Positions 1 to 13,832 are shown, numbered from the whole stretch's first letter. The stretch is DNA of 53,601 nucleotides, filler included, from Catajapyx aquilonaris (GCA_000934665.2; 2 parts of 2 records of this genome joined end to end with filler, not necessarily neighbours in it); one strand, 5' to 3'. The notes: a model not told the origin generated them from the sequence alone. A program made the numbers and translations.

Positions 1-3000
1 GCCTGGCTCAGACGGACAGGATTGAGAGGACCATGGCAGATATGGACAGGAGGATGGTCACCATTGAGAATTTCATCTGGAAGAGAGAGGAGCAGGGGGG
101 AAGGAAGAGGAGGACAGCTAACCCTGCAGGTTTGGTATTACTCGCATTGCCCTGAAGGGAACTAAAGTAGCCGCAATGGAGGTCTGCTGCAAAGTGATAA
201 TTCCATATGGGGACTAAGTAATTGTGGTTTGTGCAGACCAAAGGCAGAAGGAGTCTTGGCTGTTCCATATATGGGGGTCAAACCTTGCTGGTATTGGGTG
301 GAATAGGAGGACCTGAATTAGCAGCAACACACATGCACAGAATAGTTAACTGCTGCACTACCAGTCAGAACAACCCTGGGATTAAATCCTAGATGCCTTT
401 CCAAGTGAGGCCAAAGACCCAACCCAAACAATTCGCCTGCCATACATTATGTTTCAGGTATTGGTTTTATATCAATAATTTAAAAACCATATTATTATTA
501 TTAAGCAAACGCTGTTAACAGCTATCCTCTGTCTGGTATGTTGACTTGAGGTATGAGGGTCTCAATAATGAAATGATTCATTCTGAATATGTCGCATCAT
601 GCCAGTATATACAGCAGAGGAATGTGGAGATAAGAAACATTCCTCAATTGGCCATCTCTCCTTCCGACTTGTTTGTGGGATCACCATTGCTTGGATTTCT
701 AGATATAAGAAAACCCTCTGACACTACTTTTACCAACACGCCTGTCAACCTCATGTTACGGGTTGATAACGGATAAATGTATTGATGCAACAACAACAAC
801 TTAATGATAACCACCTTCATCTAATAATATATTGCTACCTTAACTAGACACCTCTTGTAACACTTCATATGTTTGATTACTAAGAAGTCTGGTCCTGCAT
901 CATATTGTGTAGTTCAAATTTGGTTGTTCTGTGTACATGCAATAATTATTACGATATTGGAAATGTTTTTGTGTAATTGCCAAATGGTGTACATATAGAA
1001 CTTGACTTTAAATTGTATGCTATTTCAATACATGTTTGGCAATGTACGTGTAGTAATCACTTACTGGAGAGGTACATGAAACAACACATATTTTCTGCAG
1101 AACCACAATCTGAGAGAGACACTGGTGCTACTATTGAAGATTACGAGCCTGAGCAGCATCCACATCAAGTGACTCCTTCAAGTTCTAATACGTGTGAAAT
1201 ATATCTTGTGCAGTCCGAAGTCAACAGAACTGTTGAAGTAGAGGTAAGTAAGATTAATCATCATTATTGTATGGTCATAGATTTACACGAGGCCCCTACG
1301 AACTCGACTTTGAAGTTCCTCATAGAATCACACATAGGCCTACCATTGGAAACCTGAAACATGTGATTTCCAACATTGAATGTATCTAACTTCCAAACTT
1401 GAAGGTGGGGAAATAAAGTATAAGTAAATGCTGAGTGTCCCCAAGATTTTTTAAACCCAATTTTAAAGATTCTGAAACTTACCTTGTGATAAAAGACACA
1501 ATGACTGAACAGGTTGTCATTGAGAGTGACATTTATTTACTTGTGTTCAGGATTGGAGGGATGAAATGCCTGATTCATGGACACAAGGAAATGAAGGAGA
1601 CGAGCCTGATATTTATGATAATGAAGAAATTGAAATTCACTCTCAGAATGAGTCGAATGATGTGATCATCACTGAAGAAGAGAAATGGCTTGGACCTAAT
1701 CATGAATATGTGAGTAGTGACCTTCATTTCTTCAATTAAGTGGGAAGCAATGAGTTGGTAATTAAGGGATGCTTTAACTGGGGCGTCCACTACTAGACCA
1801 AAAAAAAACCTGTTGGTGTTCCAATTCTGGATGCCCCGTCTCGACCTGGGCCATAGTCGACACTCGATACCGGCCGAGACTGGGAAGCTAAAAAAACCGA
1901 GGGAGCACAGCAATCTGGCAATGTCACATCAATTTTTTTTAACTCCTGCCTTTACCCTATTAAGTTAAAGCTGTTAAACTAACCAGACATGGTGTAAAAC
2001 TTACGCTTACCTGATGATATTGACACAACCGCAGTAAATACGGTACATGGAGGCTGTCCACAACTGGGACATGGGTGGTGTCCACAACTGGAACAGTCAT
2101 GATTTTGGCTGTTCACAACTGGAGCATTTGCATATTTGCATATATAAATATTTTACGCAGAATAATTATATTAACCTCTTTAATGTGGCATGAATATGCA
2201 GTGGAAATCCCATGGAAAGAGTGACCGACGCGATGTGAATTTTTTTCCTTTACCTGTCCACTTCTGGGACACTTACCTTAATATGTCTGACAGTGCTGTG
2301 CAACACTGAAGGTTCATCATTATGAAAAAGCATCATCCCAGACATATTTTTCCGACTTGCTTGTCCTGACTAGCGTGTCAGTGTCCTGACTAGGTCTCAC
2401 TCCAGTGATATTGTTGCCAAACGGAAGTAAACAATGCTTGTCTCTGGCCGATATTCAGTGTGCCCCAAAGTGTCCCTGGCCAGCACTTATTTCACACTCC
2501 AACAAAGGAGACCAAAATAATTGTGCTGTACTATATGTACATGCATTACAATCCTACTCATTGGCTGCCTCTGATTAGAGAGAGATGTTACTAATGGAGA
2601 TGCCCTTCTATGACGCATCTGTTCACAACCTTGTTCTTCAGTCCCAGCCTGCTGATAGCGTAACATTTTGCCAATATCATTGAAAAGAGTTGTCACTTGC
2701 AGAGGTGCGATCCTTGGAACCTCCTGGTGTATGTTTGTTTGTTATTGTTTTATTTAGCCTTTGTCGGCCTGCAGCACATGCTGCTTGGCCGACTCTCCTC
2801 CTCCTTCACACATTTGCGTATACATAATTTACATTCACGTAATTACATTTTCACTCACCCCCTCTCCCTGTCTCTCCAAAATTGTATCCCTTCGCTCCTG
2901 GTGTATGTTTTTGCTTATTGTCTGTGCAGTCGTTTCTTGCATTCGTTTGGTAGCAGTTCACCTGAGTCTGAGTGACACCCACTCCACCCATCAGTAATGC

Positions 3001-4873
3001 AAGTTACACCTGAAGGAAATGTATAGAATGCCAATGTTTTGTGAAAATCGCATGGGTGAGATTTTGAATTGTATGTTACTGTACTTGCTCTATTATAAAT
3101 TTGTTGAAAATAATATAGTGTAGTCCAGTATTTTGGCATATTACTACAGCAAAAGCTCAACTATTACCTGCAACAACACACTGGAATCCACAACATGCCA
3201 ATTCAGTCTTCAGGATGCAATAAGGAACATGTGAGAAACTTTTACTGTTAGGGAGCCATGCCGATGCTCGAGATTTTGCCAGGCGCAGTAATATCTATAT
3301 TGAATATTTATTTTGCCCCGTGATAGGCCTACATAGGCCTTTTTGGTGGGTGGTACAGTACACCACCATCAATTTTCTTGTACTTTTTCTTCAATCTCCA
3401 GTGCAAGGAAACAGGACAATGGGTGAGGATATGGATTTTCGGGGAGGGGACACGGGTGCAAGTGCAATGTCTCAAGGTCGGGCCATGTGCAATATCCCCC
3501 AGGAGGTTAGGTTGCCAGACACCTCCAAAGGTGCAGGTCAGAGACCCTCCCAACGCAGGGGAAAGGGAACTCCCAGGTGGGGATCGAACCTTGCACCTTT
3601 CACTCAGCAAGCTGAGAAGTTACCATCTCGGGCACCACACCTTCCCACTCAGTAATATCAATATGACTCAGGAGCATTCAATAAAATCTTTTTTTTTTTA
3701 AATTGTACCCCGTGATAGGACCCGAAGGCCCTCTTGGGGAGGGTCGAATACCACCGTAGGGTGACTGGGAGGGAATGTGCAAAGTGCAAGTGCAATGTCT
3801 CTGATCGGTCATTTTGTGAACTCCCCCGTGTGGATTAGACTAGCGGAGATTCCACCCGAGACGAAGCCAGAGATGGCACAACTCTGCACGAGATGAAGAG
3901 GGGACCCCCAGGCTGGGATCGAACCCGGGACTTTAACATCCGTGTGGGCATACATTACCGCAGTGCAAGCCGCAGTGCCACTCCGCCTCCCCTCAATAAA
4001 ATCATTTTTACCATATGAATGTAATGTTAGTTGTGAAAGACACGCTGTAGGCATTAAGTATTATCCTTTTTATATACGTACATACATGTATACAAAAGAC
4101 AAGATGCATTTTTAGGTAACTTGGAGTGTGATGATGTATTTTGCTTTCAGAGATATTCACAACTGATGACCAAGACACCCTTGAAAGACCTTTTTCAGTG
4201 TGGCATCTGCAACAAGACTTTCAACATTAGATCTCCTCTGAAAGAATGTGTCAAGTCTCATGCTGTGGTAGTTGAAGAAGAGCAGGATGTGATACAGTCT
4301 TGCGAGTCAGGACATCTATGGAGCACTTTTCTTCCAGTGGTAGAGACCCCTGGAAGACATGCTCATTCAAAGTGTCTCCAGTCAAGTGAGGGTGAAATAA
4401 CCAATTCAGGAAGTGAAAGGAGCAGAACTGTGGAGGAAGAGGCTGCTGAAGATGTGTCTCACCATTTGGTCCCTTCAGTACACGATAGGGTCCATCCAGA
4501 AGCAAGAATACCCAACTTTTTTTGTAAATTGTGTGGTGTCAGGTTCACTGCCAAAAGGTTCGTAACTAATCATGTGAAAATGGTTCACCTTCGGGTAAGC
4601 CCTCTCCGATGTGAGATATGTGGGATGACTTTCAACTACCCTAGTAATCTGAAGCGTCACATAATGGTCCACACAGGTGAGAAACCATTCAGTTGTCATG
4701 TCTGCCATAAACCATTTAACAGAAAAGGTAGCTTGAAGGTGCATTTGTTAATACATTCAGGAGAAAAGCCATTTTCTTGCCAATTTTGCCATATGAAGTT
4801 CAAACAAAAACAGGGCAGGAATATACATGTGCAAAGATATCATGTGGCAAATCCAAGCCAACCTCTTTTCTGA
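1..4873 (+). CDS. C2H2 zinc-finger protein, paralog A (5' truncated by window); exons <1-129, 1101-1243, 1551-1709, 4151-4873
   Basis: GT-AG junctions with phases 1/0/0 give one open frame. Exon 1 encodes LAQTDRIERTMADMDRRMVTIENFI. The last exon has CGIC..ECVKSH plus 4 canonical fingers with TGEKP/SGEKP linkers. Exon plan matches paralogs B-D. Confidence 0.85.
3296..3649 (-). mobile_element. degenerate tRNA-derived SINE in intron 3 of ZNF-A
   Basis: B-box GGTTCGATCCC on the - strand (~3580-3590). The 3' part resembles the SINE at 3689-3992. Direct repeat CAGTAATATC at 3286-3295 and 3650-3659. Absent from the homologous intron of paralog B (~8818). Confidence 0.6.
3689..3992 (-). mobile_element. 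tRNA-derived SINE
   Basis: A/B boxes on the - strand (GTGGCAC.., GGTTCGATCCC), poly-A tail (T-run at 3689-3699), TSD TCAATAAAATC at 3678-3688 and 3993-4003. Homologous to 6694-7037. Confidence 0.8.
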
Positions 4874-6199
4874 AATGTAGGGATAGATTCATGATGTAGG
4901 CTACAGAGTTTTTGAGGTTGTCATGATGGTGCACGGATCAAAATATTAATCTCTTGGCATTGAGAAAAATGTGAGAGTTGTGTATTCAGTAGTGGCAACA
5001 TATTTCCATATGAGTGCAAAAGTAATAATTGTCAAGGAATTAACCTTTGGCTGAGCTATCTTGTGTTCACGACCTTTTGCCACACCTGCGGAAGTAGGTG
5101 GAGCCAATCTTATAAATGTGGCTTGAAGGTAGCATAATTTGTGTAAAAAAAAAACTTTTCTTGCATCCGCTCTTTCAACTTGCTATTGCAACAATCTGAT
5201 ATGACTGATTCATCATCTCATTCTACTTGAAGACAGTGAACATTACCGAACCTTGGACACTAATGATTAAATTAGATGACAGAACAGATGACATTGTGCT
5301 CAGGCTCGGACATGGTCATTACTATGGTTGGGGAACCATTAAGTGTGGAGTGCGGGGGGGAGTGATTTGTGATTTGGAATTTGATTTGGGGGTTTGCAAA
5401 TCAGAAACCCCACCTGGGTGGAGGAGACGAACTAAGCGCACAAGGTGTGCCATAAGGCTGGGATAGGAGTGTCTGCATGCTGATTGCTGCCTTCTCCAAA
5501 CCAGTCTATGTCATGTCTGTGCTACGCATAACTGTCTGTGTATCTCTGGGAAATTTCAATGGGCCAAAAATAAAATAGTAAAAGTGTTACTGTGGTCTTT
5601 TTATCACATTCTGATCAGAATGAGAGTTGATCACTCGTGTTTGTATAGTACAGTACACATAACTGAAGGTGGTTCGTCAATAGGATGAGTGCAGTGGGTC
5701 AGACAGTAGCAGTGTAGAGCTCGTATTAACCATTCTCAAACACATTCATATGAACCAGAGCACAGCAAATGTGCCAAAATAGTTTACAAGTAGCAATTTA
5801 TAATGCTTTTTGAGAGGGATTGTTGTTGGAATTCTACGCAACTCCGACATCGTGGTCTGCAACTATCCCTTTCAAACAGCATCAAGTTTCCTTGGAGATG
5901 TCCTCATACAACAATAGGAGACAACAAGTGTTCTTTTTTTGCTGACACTGTTGTTGTGGCATTATTAGGGTATCTCCATGGATACTTGAATAGTGGAAGG
6001 TTCCAGAGGTCCATTCTAGGATGTCCTTTGACTTCTAGAGGCACCGCATCTGCTCGTTTTGGACGTTAGAAGCTTTATAAGTTTTCCTTGCGCTCTATGC
6101 TATCCGGTTTTCTTTTCCTGCATGTCGAAGATTAGTTCCATTCGCTCGAGTATGGAGAGAGGCCTACCCTTTCCAAGTCTAATGAAAACTGCTGAGGAG

Positions 6200-8453
6200 A
6201 TGGCCGCCTTACCGACAGCCCCAAATACAAGTTGGGCCTACGTTGTGTCCCTCCTGGAACGAAGCCTGGCTCAGACGGACAGGATTGAGAGGACCATGGC
6301 AGATATGGACAGGAGGATGGTCGCCATTGAGAATTTCATCTGGAAGAGAGAGGAGCAGGGAGGAAGGAAGAGGAGGACAGCTAACCCTGCAGGTTTGGTA
6401 TTACTCGCATTGCCCTGCAGGGAACTAAAGTAGCCGCAATGAAAAGCTGCTTCAAAGTAACTTTTTGGTCTAGCATGTGATAGTGAATTGTCTAATATTT
6501 TCTGCAGAACCACAACCTGAGGGAGACCATACTATTGAAGATTATGAGCCTGAGCAGCATCCACATCAAGTGACTCCTTCAAGTTCTAATAGGTGTGCAA
6601 TATATCTCGTGGAGCCCAACGTTAACGGAACTGATAAAGTAGAGGTACGTAAGATTAATCATAATTCTTGTATGGGCATAGATTTACAGGAGGTAGGGAG
6701 ACGGAGTGGCGCCGCGGTAACGCGCGCGCCCACGGAAGTTAAGGTCCCAGGTTCAATCCCCACCCGGGGTTCCCACCTTCTTTCGTGCAGAGTTGGGCCA
6801 TCTCTGGCTTCGTTTCGGGTGGCAATTTCCGATAGACTAAGCCACCCGGGGGAGTTCACAAAATGACCAATTAACGACAGCGCACATGCACTTTGCACAT
6901 CCCCTCCTACCAACCCTGGAGTACATTAATAAGATTCCATCTTAACACGCTCCAAAAATACCAATGGTGGTAATCCACCACCCCCTAAAGACCCAACAGG
7001 TCACTCACGGGGTAAATTAAAAAAAAAAAAAAAAAAGAGATTTACAGGAGGCCCCTGAACTTTGAAGTGTCTCATAGAATCACACAAAGGCCCACCGTCG
7101 GAAAGCTCAAAGATGTCATTTCCAACATTGCATGTATCTAACTGCCAAACTTGAAGGTGGGGAAATAAAGTATAAGTAAAATATGCTGAGTGTCCCCAAG
7201 ATTTTTTAAAACCAATTTTAAAGATTCTGAAACTTGCCTTGTGATAAAAGACGCAAGGACGGAACTAGTTGTCATAGCGACATTATTTTTTACTTGTGTT
7301 CAGGATTGGAGGGATGAAGTGCCTGAATTATGGACACAAGGAAGTGAAGGAGACGAGCCTGATGTTTATGCTAATGAAACTGAAACTCGCTCTCAGAATG
7401 AGTCGAACGATGTGATCATCACTGAAGAAGAGGAATGGCTTGGACCTAATCATGAAGATGTGAGTAGTGACCGTCATTTCGTCAATTAAGTGTGGGAAGC
7501 AATGAGTTGGTAATCTTTAGACTAGGCCTGTTCACACTGCTGATAGGATAAAATTTGGCCAAAATCATTCAAAAGCGGTGTCACTCGCAGATGTACAATC
7601 CTCGGGACCTCCTGGTGAATGTTTGTGTGGTTTTTGTTTATTGTCTGTTGGATGCAGTCATTACTTGCCTTCAGTTTAATAGCAGTTCACCTGAATCTCT
7701 AAGTGACTACCACTCCTCTCAGTAATGCAACATTTACCTGAAGGAAAAATATATTTATGGAACAACTATGTTGTGTGAAAATCGCTGGGCTGAAATTTTT
7801 AATTGTGTGTTACTGCACTATCTTCTTTATTATAATGACCAATTATTTATCCATTTATTTATTATAAAAACCACAATGCACCCCCAAAAATTCTATTTGT
7901 ACATCTGATATTGACAACTGTCTCCTTTTTTGCAAAATAGTTTCCAAACAAATCTACGCATTTTTCATTGAGTTACACATTATTTTGTATGACTATGGTT
8001 GTAATAGAGGTCTGCCGCCAGCCATTTCTGCGATCCCTGGATGCTGGAATGCAACTCCTCGTCATCGTCAACCTTCTGCTTTGCAAGACATTATTTTCTT
8101 CCTGTCCATGGTCAGGACGGTAGTGGTAATTCCTACGCTCTAAATCCGGGGTGATCGAACAATTCGCACTTGAATATTGTTCGATCATCCAGGGTTCCAG
8201 TAAGCAAGGCAGTAGCGGGCGGCCATTGTCGCGCAAGAAAAAAACACCTGGAACTAAACATGCCACTATGCAACAATTGCGAATTGTTCGATCACCCAGG
8301 ATTTAGAGCCTAGAGAATAACCACGGTCCTGACCATGGACAGGTAGAAATGGCTTGCGAAGCAGGAGTTGCAATCCAGCATCCAGGGATCACGGAAATGG
8401 CTGGCGGCAGACCTCTATGACATAGACATATAAAATCTTGTGTAACTTCCAAA

Positions 8454-8514
<61 letters not shown>

Positions 8515-9724
8515 TCTCCCGATTTGTTTGGAAACTATTTTGAAATTTTTTTAGAGAGTTGTCGATTTTAGATGTGTAAATAAAATTTTCAGGGGGTGCC
8601 TTGCGGTATTACTAATAAATAAAGGACCTTACTTTCCGGATACGGTAATACATATAGTGTAGTCCAGTGTTCTGGCATATTAATGGAGCAACACATCAGC
8701 TATTACCTGCAACAACACACAGGAATCCACAGCTTGCCGATTCAGTCTTCATGATGCAAGGAACACGTGATAAACTTTCCAATATTCAGATTTCCGATGC
8801 TAAAGGTTTTGAGTGGCTCAGTAATACAGTACAAATATGACTCAAGAGCATCAAATACTTTTTTTTAAAGATATGATTGTGAAGGTAGTTGTGAAATACC
8901 TGATGTAAGAATATACGTATTATATTGTCATATTTTTACAAAAGGCAAGACCAATTTTAAGGCACTTTTGCAGAATAATGATGTAGCCACCTGTACTTTA
9001 CTTTTAGAGAAATCCACACCCAATGACCCAGACACCCATCAAAGACCTATTTCAATGTGGCATCTGCAAGAAGACATTCAACCTTCCATCTTCTCTGAAC
9101 GAATGTGTCAAGTCTCATGCAGTGGTGGTTGAAGAACCGGAGCAGGAGGTCATACAGTCTTGCAAGTCAGGACAACAATGGAGCATTTATGTTCCAGTGG
9201 TAGGGACCCTTGGAAGACATGCTCATCCAAAGTGTCTCCAGTCAAGTGAGGGTGAAATGACCAATTCAAGATGTGAGAGGAACAGAAACGTGGAGGAAGA
9301 GGCTCCTGAAGATGTGTCTCACCATCTGGTCCGTTCAGTCCATGATAGGGTCCATCCAGAAGCGAGCATTCCCAACTTTTCCTGCAAATTGTGTGGTGTC
9401 AGGTTCACCACCCGAAGGTCTCTAACTGTTCACAAGAACGGTGTTCATGTTGGCGGGTTAACACCTTTCCAGTGTGAGGAATGTGGGAAGGCTTTCAAGA
9501 AGTCGGATACTCTGAAGTGTCACATAATGGTCCACGCAGGTGAGAAACCATTCAGTTGTCATGTCTGCCACAAACGTTTTGGCAGAAAAGACACCGTCAC
9601 CCGGCATTTGGCAATACATTCATTTTCTTGCAAATTTTGCAATATGAAGTTCCACCACAGAAATAGCTTGAATTCGCATGTGCGAAATCATCATAAAGCA
9701 AAGCGAAGCCAAACTCTTTCTTGA
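6200..9724 (+). CDS. C2H2 zinc-finger protein, paralog B (~400 aa); exons 6200-6392, 6508-6644, 7304-7459, 9008-9724
   Basis: In-frame splice model. Exon 1 differs from paralog A at only 2 of 129 comparable nt. One C-C-C-H finger plus 4 C2H2 fingers. An upstream in-frame ATG at 6182 is an alternative start. Confidence 0.85.
6694..7037 (+). mobile_element. tRNA-derived SINE in intron 2 of ZNF-B
   Basis: A-box GTGGCGCCGCGG, B-box GGTTCAATCCC, poly-A tail, 14-bp TSD AGATTTACAGGAGG (6680-6693, 7038-7051). Empty site visible in paralog A (~1279-1293). Confidence 0.85.
7853..8623. mobile_element. foldback/MITE-like element with ~310-bp imperfect inverted arms
   Basis: 7853-8168 is the approximate reverse complement of 8279-8623 (e.g. 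GAGGTCTGCCGCCAGCCATTTC / GAAATGGCTGGCGGCAGACCTC). Absent from the homologous intron of paralog A. Confidence 0.75.
8459..8511. repeat. (AAT)n microsatellite
   Basis: Direct reading; lies within the right arm of the foldback element. Confidence 0.95.
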
Positions 9725-11395
9725 AATGTAGGGTGTGATTAATGGCGTGCTTTATGAGGTTGTCATGATGGTTCATGGAGTAAAATATGCCTTAGTTTGG
9801 AGAGAGGTACTAACAAGGACTGGATATTAAACATTGGCAACACATTAGTGGTACGTGAGTACAGCATTTATTGTTAGGGGAAATAGCTTTGGCTGAACCT
9901 TCCCAAAATTAGATGACACCTTAATTAATAAAGGTATGCTAGAATAGAAGCATTTCTTATTAGAGCTAAAGTGAATGTTTGGATGGGCTTTTAGAAGTAG
10001 CCTACAATGATATCTCTATTTTTCGTTTTTTTAAAATGGGTCTCCTATTTAATAACTGATATGGGTACCTGTATCAAATTGCTAATAAAGAAATCATGTT
10101 TTCCTGTATATACAGCACTGTACTACTGTACTTCCGATTACATTGTTCGACAAGGGTATGTTTTCTCGGGTAATAATGTGTTCTCTATAAATGTATCTAT
10201 CAGGTCTTCGGTCGCTGATTCCAAATATATTGTGCTGTCAGGTGCAGTTTTTGATACTTATCGTTTTAAAGTTTGTATAACTGTTGACTAGGGGTCATTC
10301 CAAATCAAGTGGGCTGAAATGTTGGCAGAAATGTTGCTAGATTGTCTCGGATTTTGGTGGGAAAAAATTACAGTTGTACACACTGATATTAGTAAGAAAC
10401 ACCCTGTATACAGTCTCTTGAATACAGCCTTTTGGACACAATCAGATGTGGGTATGTTGGTGTTCATATACAGTATATCAAGACGGCAAAATATTGAAGA
10501 AATTTTAATGATAAGACGTTACAAAGAGTTACAAAACAGCTCCTAAGGCACATGTTGATGGGTTTCTCATAAATGAACTGAATTAATTATTTTTAATAAC
10601 ACAAGTCCAAAACAAAGCAAGTTGGATATGAATTATTGGTACTTGATTACATTTTCCAACTGTTTCAGCATATTTTATATTACCCTAAGAACGAGATTAC
10701 AAACACCATGGGCCACACCGACTGTAGGTCAGACAAATGCCATAGTGACCACATCTCAATCGCGTCTGTTACTCCACCTACTGTCAGCGAAACACTACAC
10801 TACTTTTAAGAAAGAAATACAAGTCACTATACGTCACTTTAGGACTGACATATGGGTGCAAAATCATTAATCCAAATCATTTTCAGTCAGTTCTTCCAGC
10901 AGAAAAATAACGAACATTAGCATTAGTTATTATCGTGACCATTACCTCTTTCTTATCGTCTGCCCTTGCATGACCTAGCTATATAGCATTGTACTGTGAG
11001 TTTGCATAAGTGTCAATGCGGCTAACTGGAAACACTACGTCAATCTATATCCGAAAACTATACTTACTATCTGAATACCAACCAGTTATTTTTATCTAAA
11101 GCACACGGGATACTGGATACTTTTTCTGCTCAAGTCAAATGGCAAAACATGGCAATAAAATGACCAGTAGCCCAACACATACTATGCAGGTTGATGCAAT
11201 GTGCACAGCCCGAGCATGGGTTAGGGGAAGACTTGACAGATCATTTACTCCAGCAACCAGTTTCCAGGAGAAGAAACCTGGTTTCTAGAGTAAGCAAACC
11301 TGCTTGGGCCTGAGCAGTTGCACCAACCATATTCTAAAGTTACATACACATTGACACCTGGACAAAACGAAATGGACATGGTAATAGTGGCAAGT

Positions 11396-13311
11396 TTAGA
11401 ATTTGTAGCTGTTAGGTGGGACACCAGCTGTTCCGCCTCCATCTCGTAACTCCTGGTAGTGCGAGTAGATCACCAGGAAGAAGTAAATGCCAATGCCATT
11501 TCCAATGATGAGGCCAATCAATCCTGAGATTACTGCCCCGCCAGCTGTGATGGTCCCGATCTCCATGATTGTGCTCAGGACCAGACCGATCACATCCATC
11601 ACCAGGTACGGCATCATCAATCCAGGACGCATCTGCAATATAATATAATAATCATTATCATTATCATATGCTGGTTAAATCCACATTTCTCAGCAAAAGC
11701 CAACATGTAATAGGTATAGGTACAGTACTTTCAAGACAATAATGGCACTAAATTTCGAATGAAAAGGACTGACCTCTTGGACTCCGTGTATGAGCATGGA
11801 TGTCACGGCGACGTGGAACAGGAACACGATCAGCCCAATTATGATGGCAATAAGCAGAACTGTAATTATTATCAAAAAATAAGGCTTCGTCATTAATTAT
11901 GCAAGTTATGACCGAGATTCTGTTGTGTTTTCCTGCCACAACCTGTCTCATGGAAAACACCCTGAATTTACTCCCATCATCATCATCACAACATTTCCCT
12001 ATAAGGGGTAGTCAGCGATGATGGGAGCCACAAGCTAACCCAACATATGAACTAAATTAAAACTTGTAAAAATAATAATTATTCAATGAACCGTGTAAAT
12101 AGATGATGATGCACACTTACTCGTAATCATCTCTTCAATCTCCACCTGACTATCAGCGGCATGCTTCCGCAACTCCTCGGTAATGCCTTCCCAGGATGCC
12201 ACAAGAATGATGCAGCCAAATAATCCCAACAGGGAACAAATCTATGAACCAAAACATTAGAATCACCTATAATACACTGTGAACCCCAAATTTCCGCAAA
12301 GAGCATCACCCTTTAAAAAAAAAAAAAACAACAGCAACAACAATTTTTAATGCTCTTGTGATGCTCTTTTAATGTATTTTGTTGCTAATAAAGCATCAAA
12401 AAACATTTCAAGAGCATTAACAATTGATGTTCCATGACAGACTCAACAACAACAACAACAACAACATCACGACATTTCCCTATGAGGGGTAGTCAGCGAT
12501 GAAGGGAGACGCAAGCTAACCCAACATATGAACTAATAAAACTCATGAGAATAAACCTAAAAACAACCTGTCCCACCCCCCACCCCTGCCCACCTCAGAC
12601 ATCACCTTATCCTCAGACATATTTACCTATTTACCCATTAATTAACCTACGCCATTTACACCTATTCAAACATCCAACCCTAGCCTCAGCCACGTCCATG
12701 GTCCTATTGACACAAGAACGTCTCGGCTTAACACTAGCAACACCCTTAAGACACTGACCCACCTGGTCCAACCATGTCTTCCTAGGCCTACCCTTGCCTC
12801 TCTTACCAACTACTCCACCCAAATAAACCTTCTTCACAATCTCCTCCTCCTTCATCCTCTCCACATGGCCAAACCACCTTAGAGTAGACCTACACACCTT
12901 ATCTTTAACAGTCTCCTTAACATTACACCTCTCCAAAATCTCCTTATTCCTAATCCTATCGAACTTGGTAACCCCACAAACAGCCCGGAGATAACGCATC
13001 TCTGTAGCCAACAAGACTCAGTACACTGTAAACCACAAAACATTAAAAGAGCCTCACTGGTGAGCCTCTCATGGAACATCAATGTTTAATGTTATTCTAA
13101 TGCTATGCTAAAGCTCTTGTGATGCTTTTTAGCAACAAAAAAAAAGCATCACAAGCACATTAAACATTGATGTTCTTTTAATGTTTTGCGATTTATACAG
13201 TGTACTGTACGTACATCAATTACACTGTGACATTACCAAGTTAATGATCCCGATAATGAGGGTGCCGGTGCGGGTACTGCAGCAGAAGCAACACTTGTTG
13301 AGGACAGGCAT
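11396..13311 (-). CDS. four-transmembrane protein, DUF4728/LAPTM-like (~172 aa); exons 13311-13237, 12241-12121, 11859-11774, 11632-11396
   Basis: In-frame splice model MPVLNKCCFCCSTRTGTLIIGIINL-ICSLLG..-..LIHGVQE-MRPGLMMPYLV..YFFLVIYSHYQEL. The Cys-rich N-terminus, four hydrophobic segments and C-terminal VxSxYxEL are typical of this invertebrate family. TATAAA lies ~35 nt upstream (13346-13351). Confidence 0.8.
11976..12056 (-). mobile_element. extreme 3' stub of the RTE-like LINE with a (GAT)n tail
   Basis: Close match to 12466-12537, the 3' end of the longer copy; located in intron 2 of the 4-TM gene. Confidence 0.7.
12446..13013 (-). mobile_element. 5'-truncated RTE-clade LINE (C-terminal ORF region, 3' UTR, (GTT)n tail)
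   Basis: ORF 12631-13014 (EMRYLRAVCGVTKFDRIRN..LRWFGHVERM..GKRGKGRPRKTW) is typical of RTE ORF C-termini. Microsatellite tail; candidate TSD AGACTCA at 12439-12445 and 13014-13020. Confidence 0.85.
13022..13204. mobile_element. palindromic MITE (TA-CACTGTAAA...TACAGTG-TA); related partial copy at 12273-12438
   Basis: Terminal inverted repeats TACACTGTAAACCACAAAACATTAAAAGA / TCTTTTAATGTTTTGCGATTTATACAGTGTA. Confidence 0.6.
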
Positions 13312-13780
13312 TGTCGTGTTGGGTGCGTTATAGTCTGGCCTGGAATTTATATTCATANNNNNNNNNNNNNNNNNNNNNNNNNNNNNNNNNNNNNNNNNNN
13401 NNNNNNNNNNNNNNNNNNNNNNNNNNNNNNNNNNNNNNNNNNCCCCCCCCCCCCCCCATCACAGACTTAAAAAAAACCAAAATCCCTGTAGTGGATGCAA
13501 TGTACTACAAGTGGAAATCATGTCCGGTTGAAGTTTCCAACCAGACCTGTTCAGAGAGAGAGAGAGTATCCTGTGGGCAAGGCAATCCTCAGCACACGGT
13601 CAGTCAGCACAACGAAAACCGTACGACAAACGCAGCGTTGCCAACCTGACGCCTAGAAGCAACCGTACTGTACAGCTAGAGTCTAAATTACAGTACATGT
13701 ACTTTTTAGTAGTTCATAATTATACGTCTATGATATTTTTTATTTGTTTTATATATTTCGAACTTTTTTATTTATTTGAG

Positions 13781-13832
13781 CAGTTCCATGGACTCAACAG
13801 CGTTGATCGAAATGCGCCCAAACATGTCGTCT
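13781..13832 (+). promoter_or_regulatory. conserved upstream block of ZNF-C (putative core promoter)
   Basis: CAGTTCC..CGTTGATCGAAATG..CCCAAACATGTCGTCT aligns with 20169-20222 and 24214-24267. Confidence 0.45.

Noticed and set aside
2056..2281. Three TGT(C/T)CACAACTGG repeats and a related end motif
   Set aside because: Probably subterminal repeats of an old DNA transposon; ends and TSD could not be defined.
6696..6770. tRNA-like sequences here and at ~3920-3990 and 15185-15250
   Set aside because: No complete cloverleaf; each continues into a SINE body with a tail and TSD.
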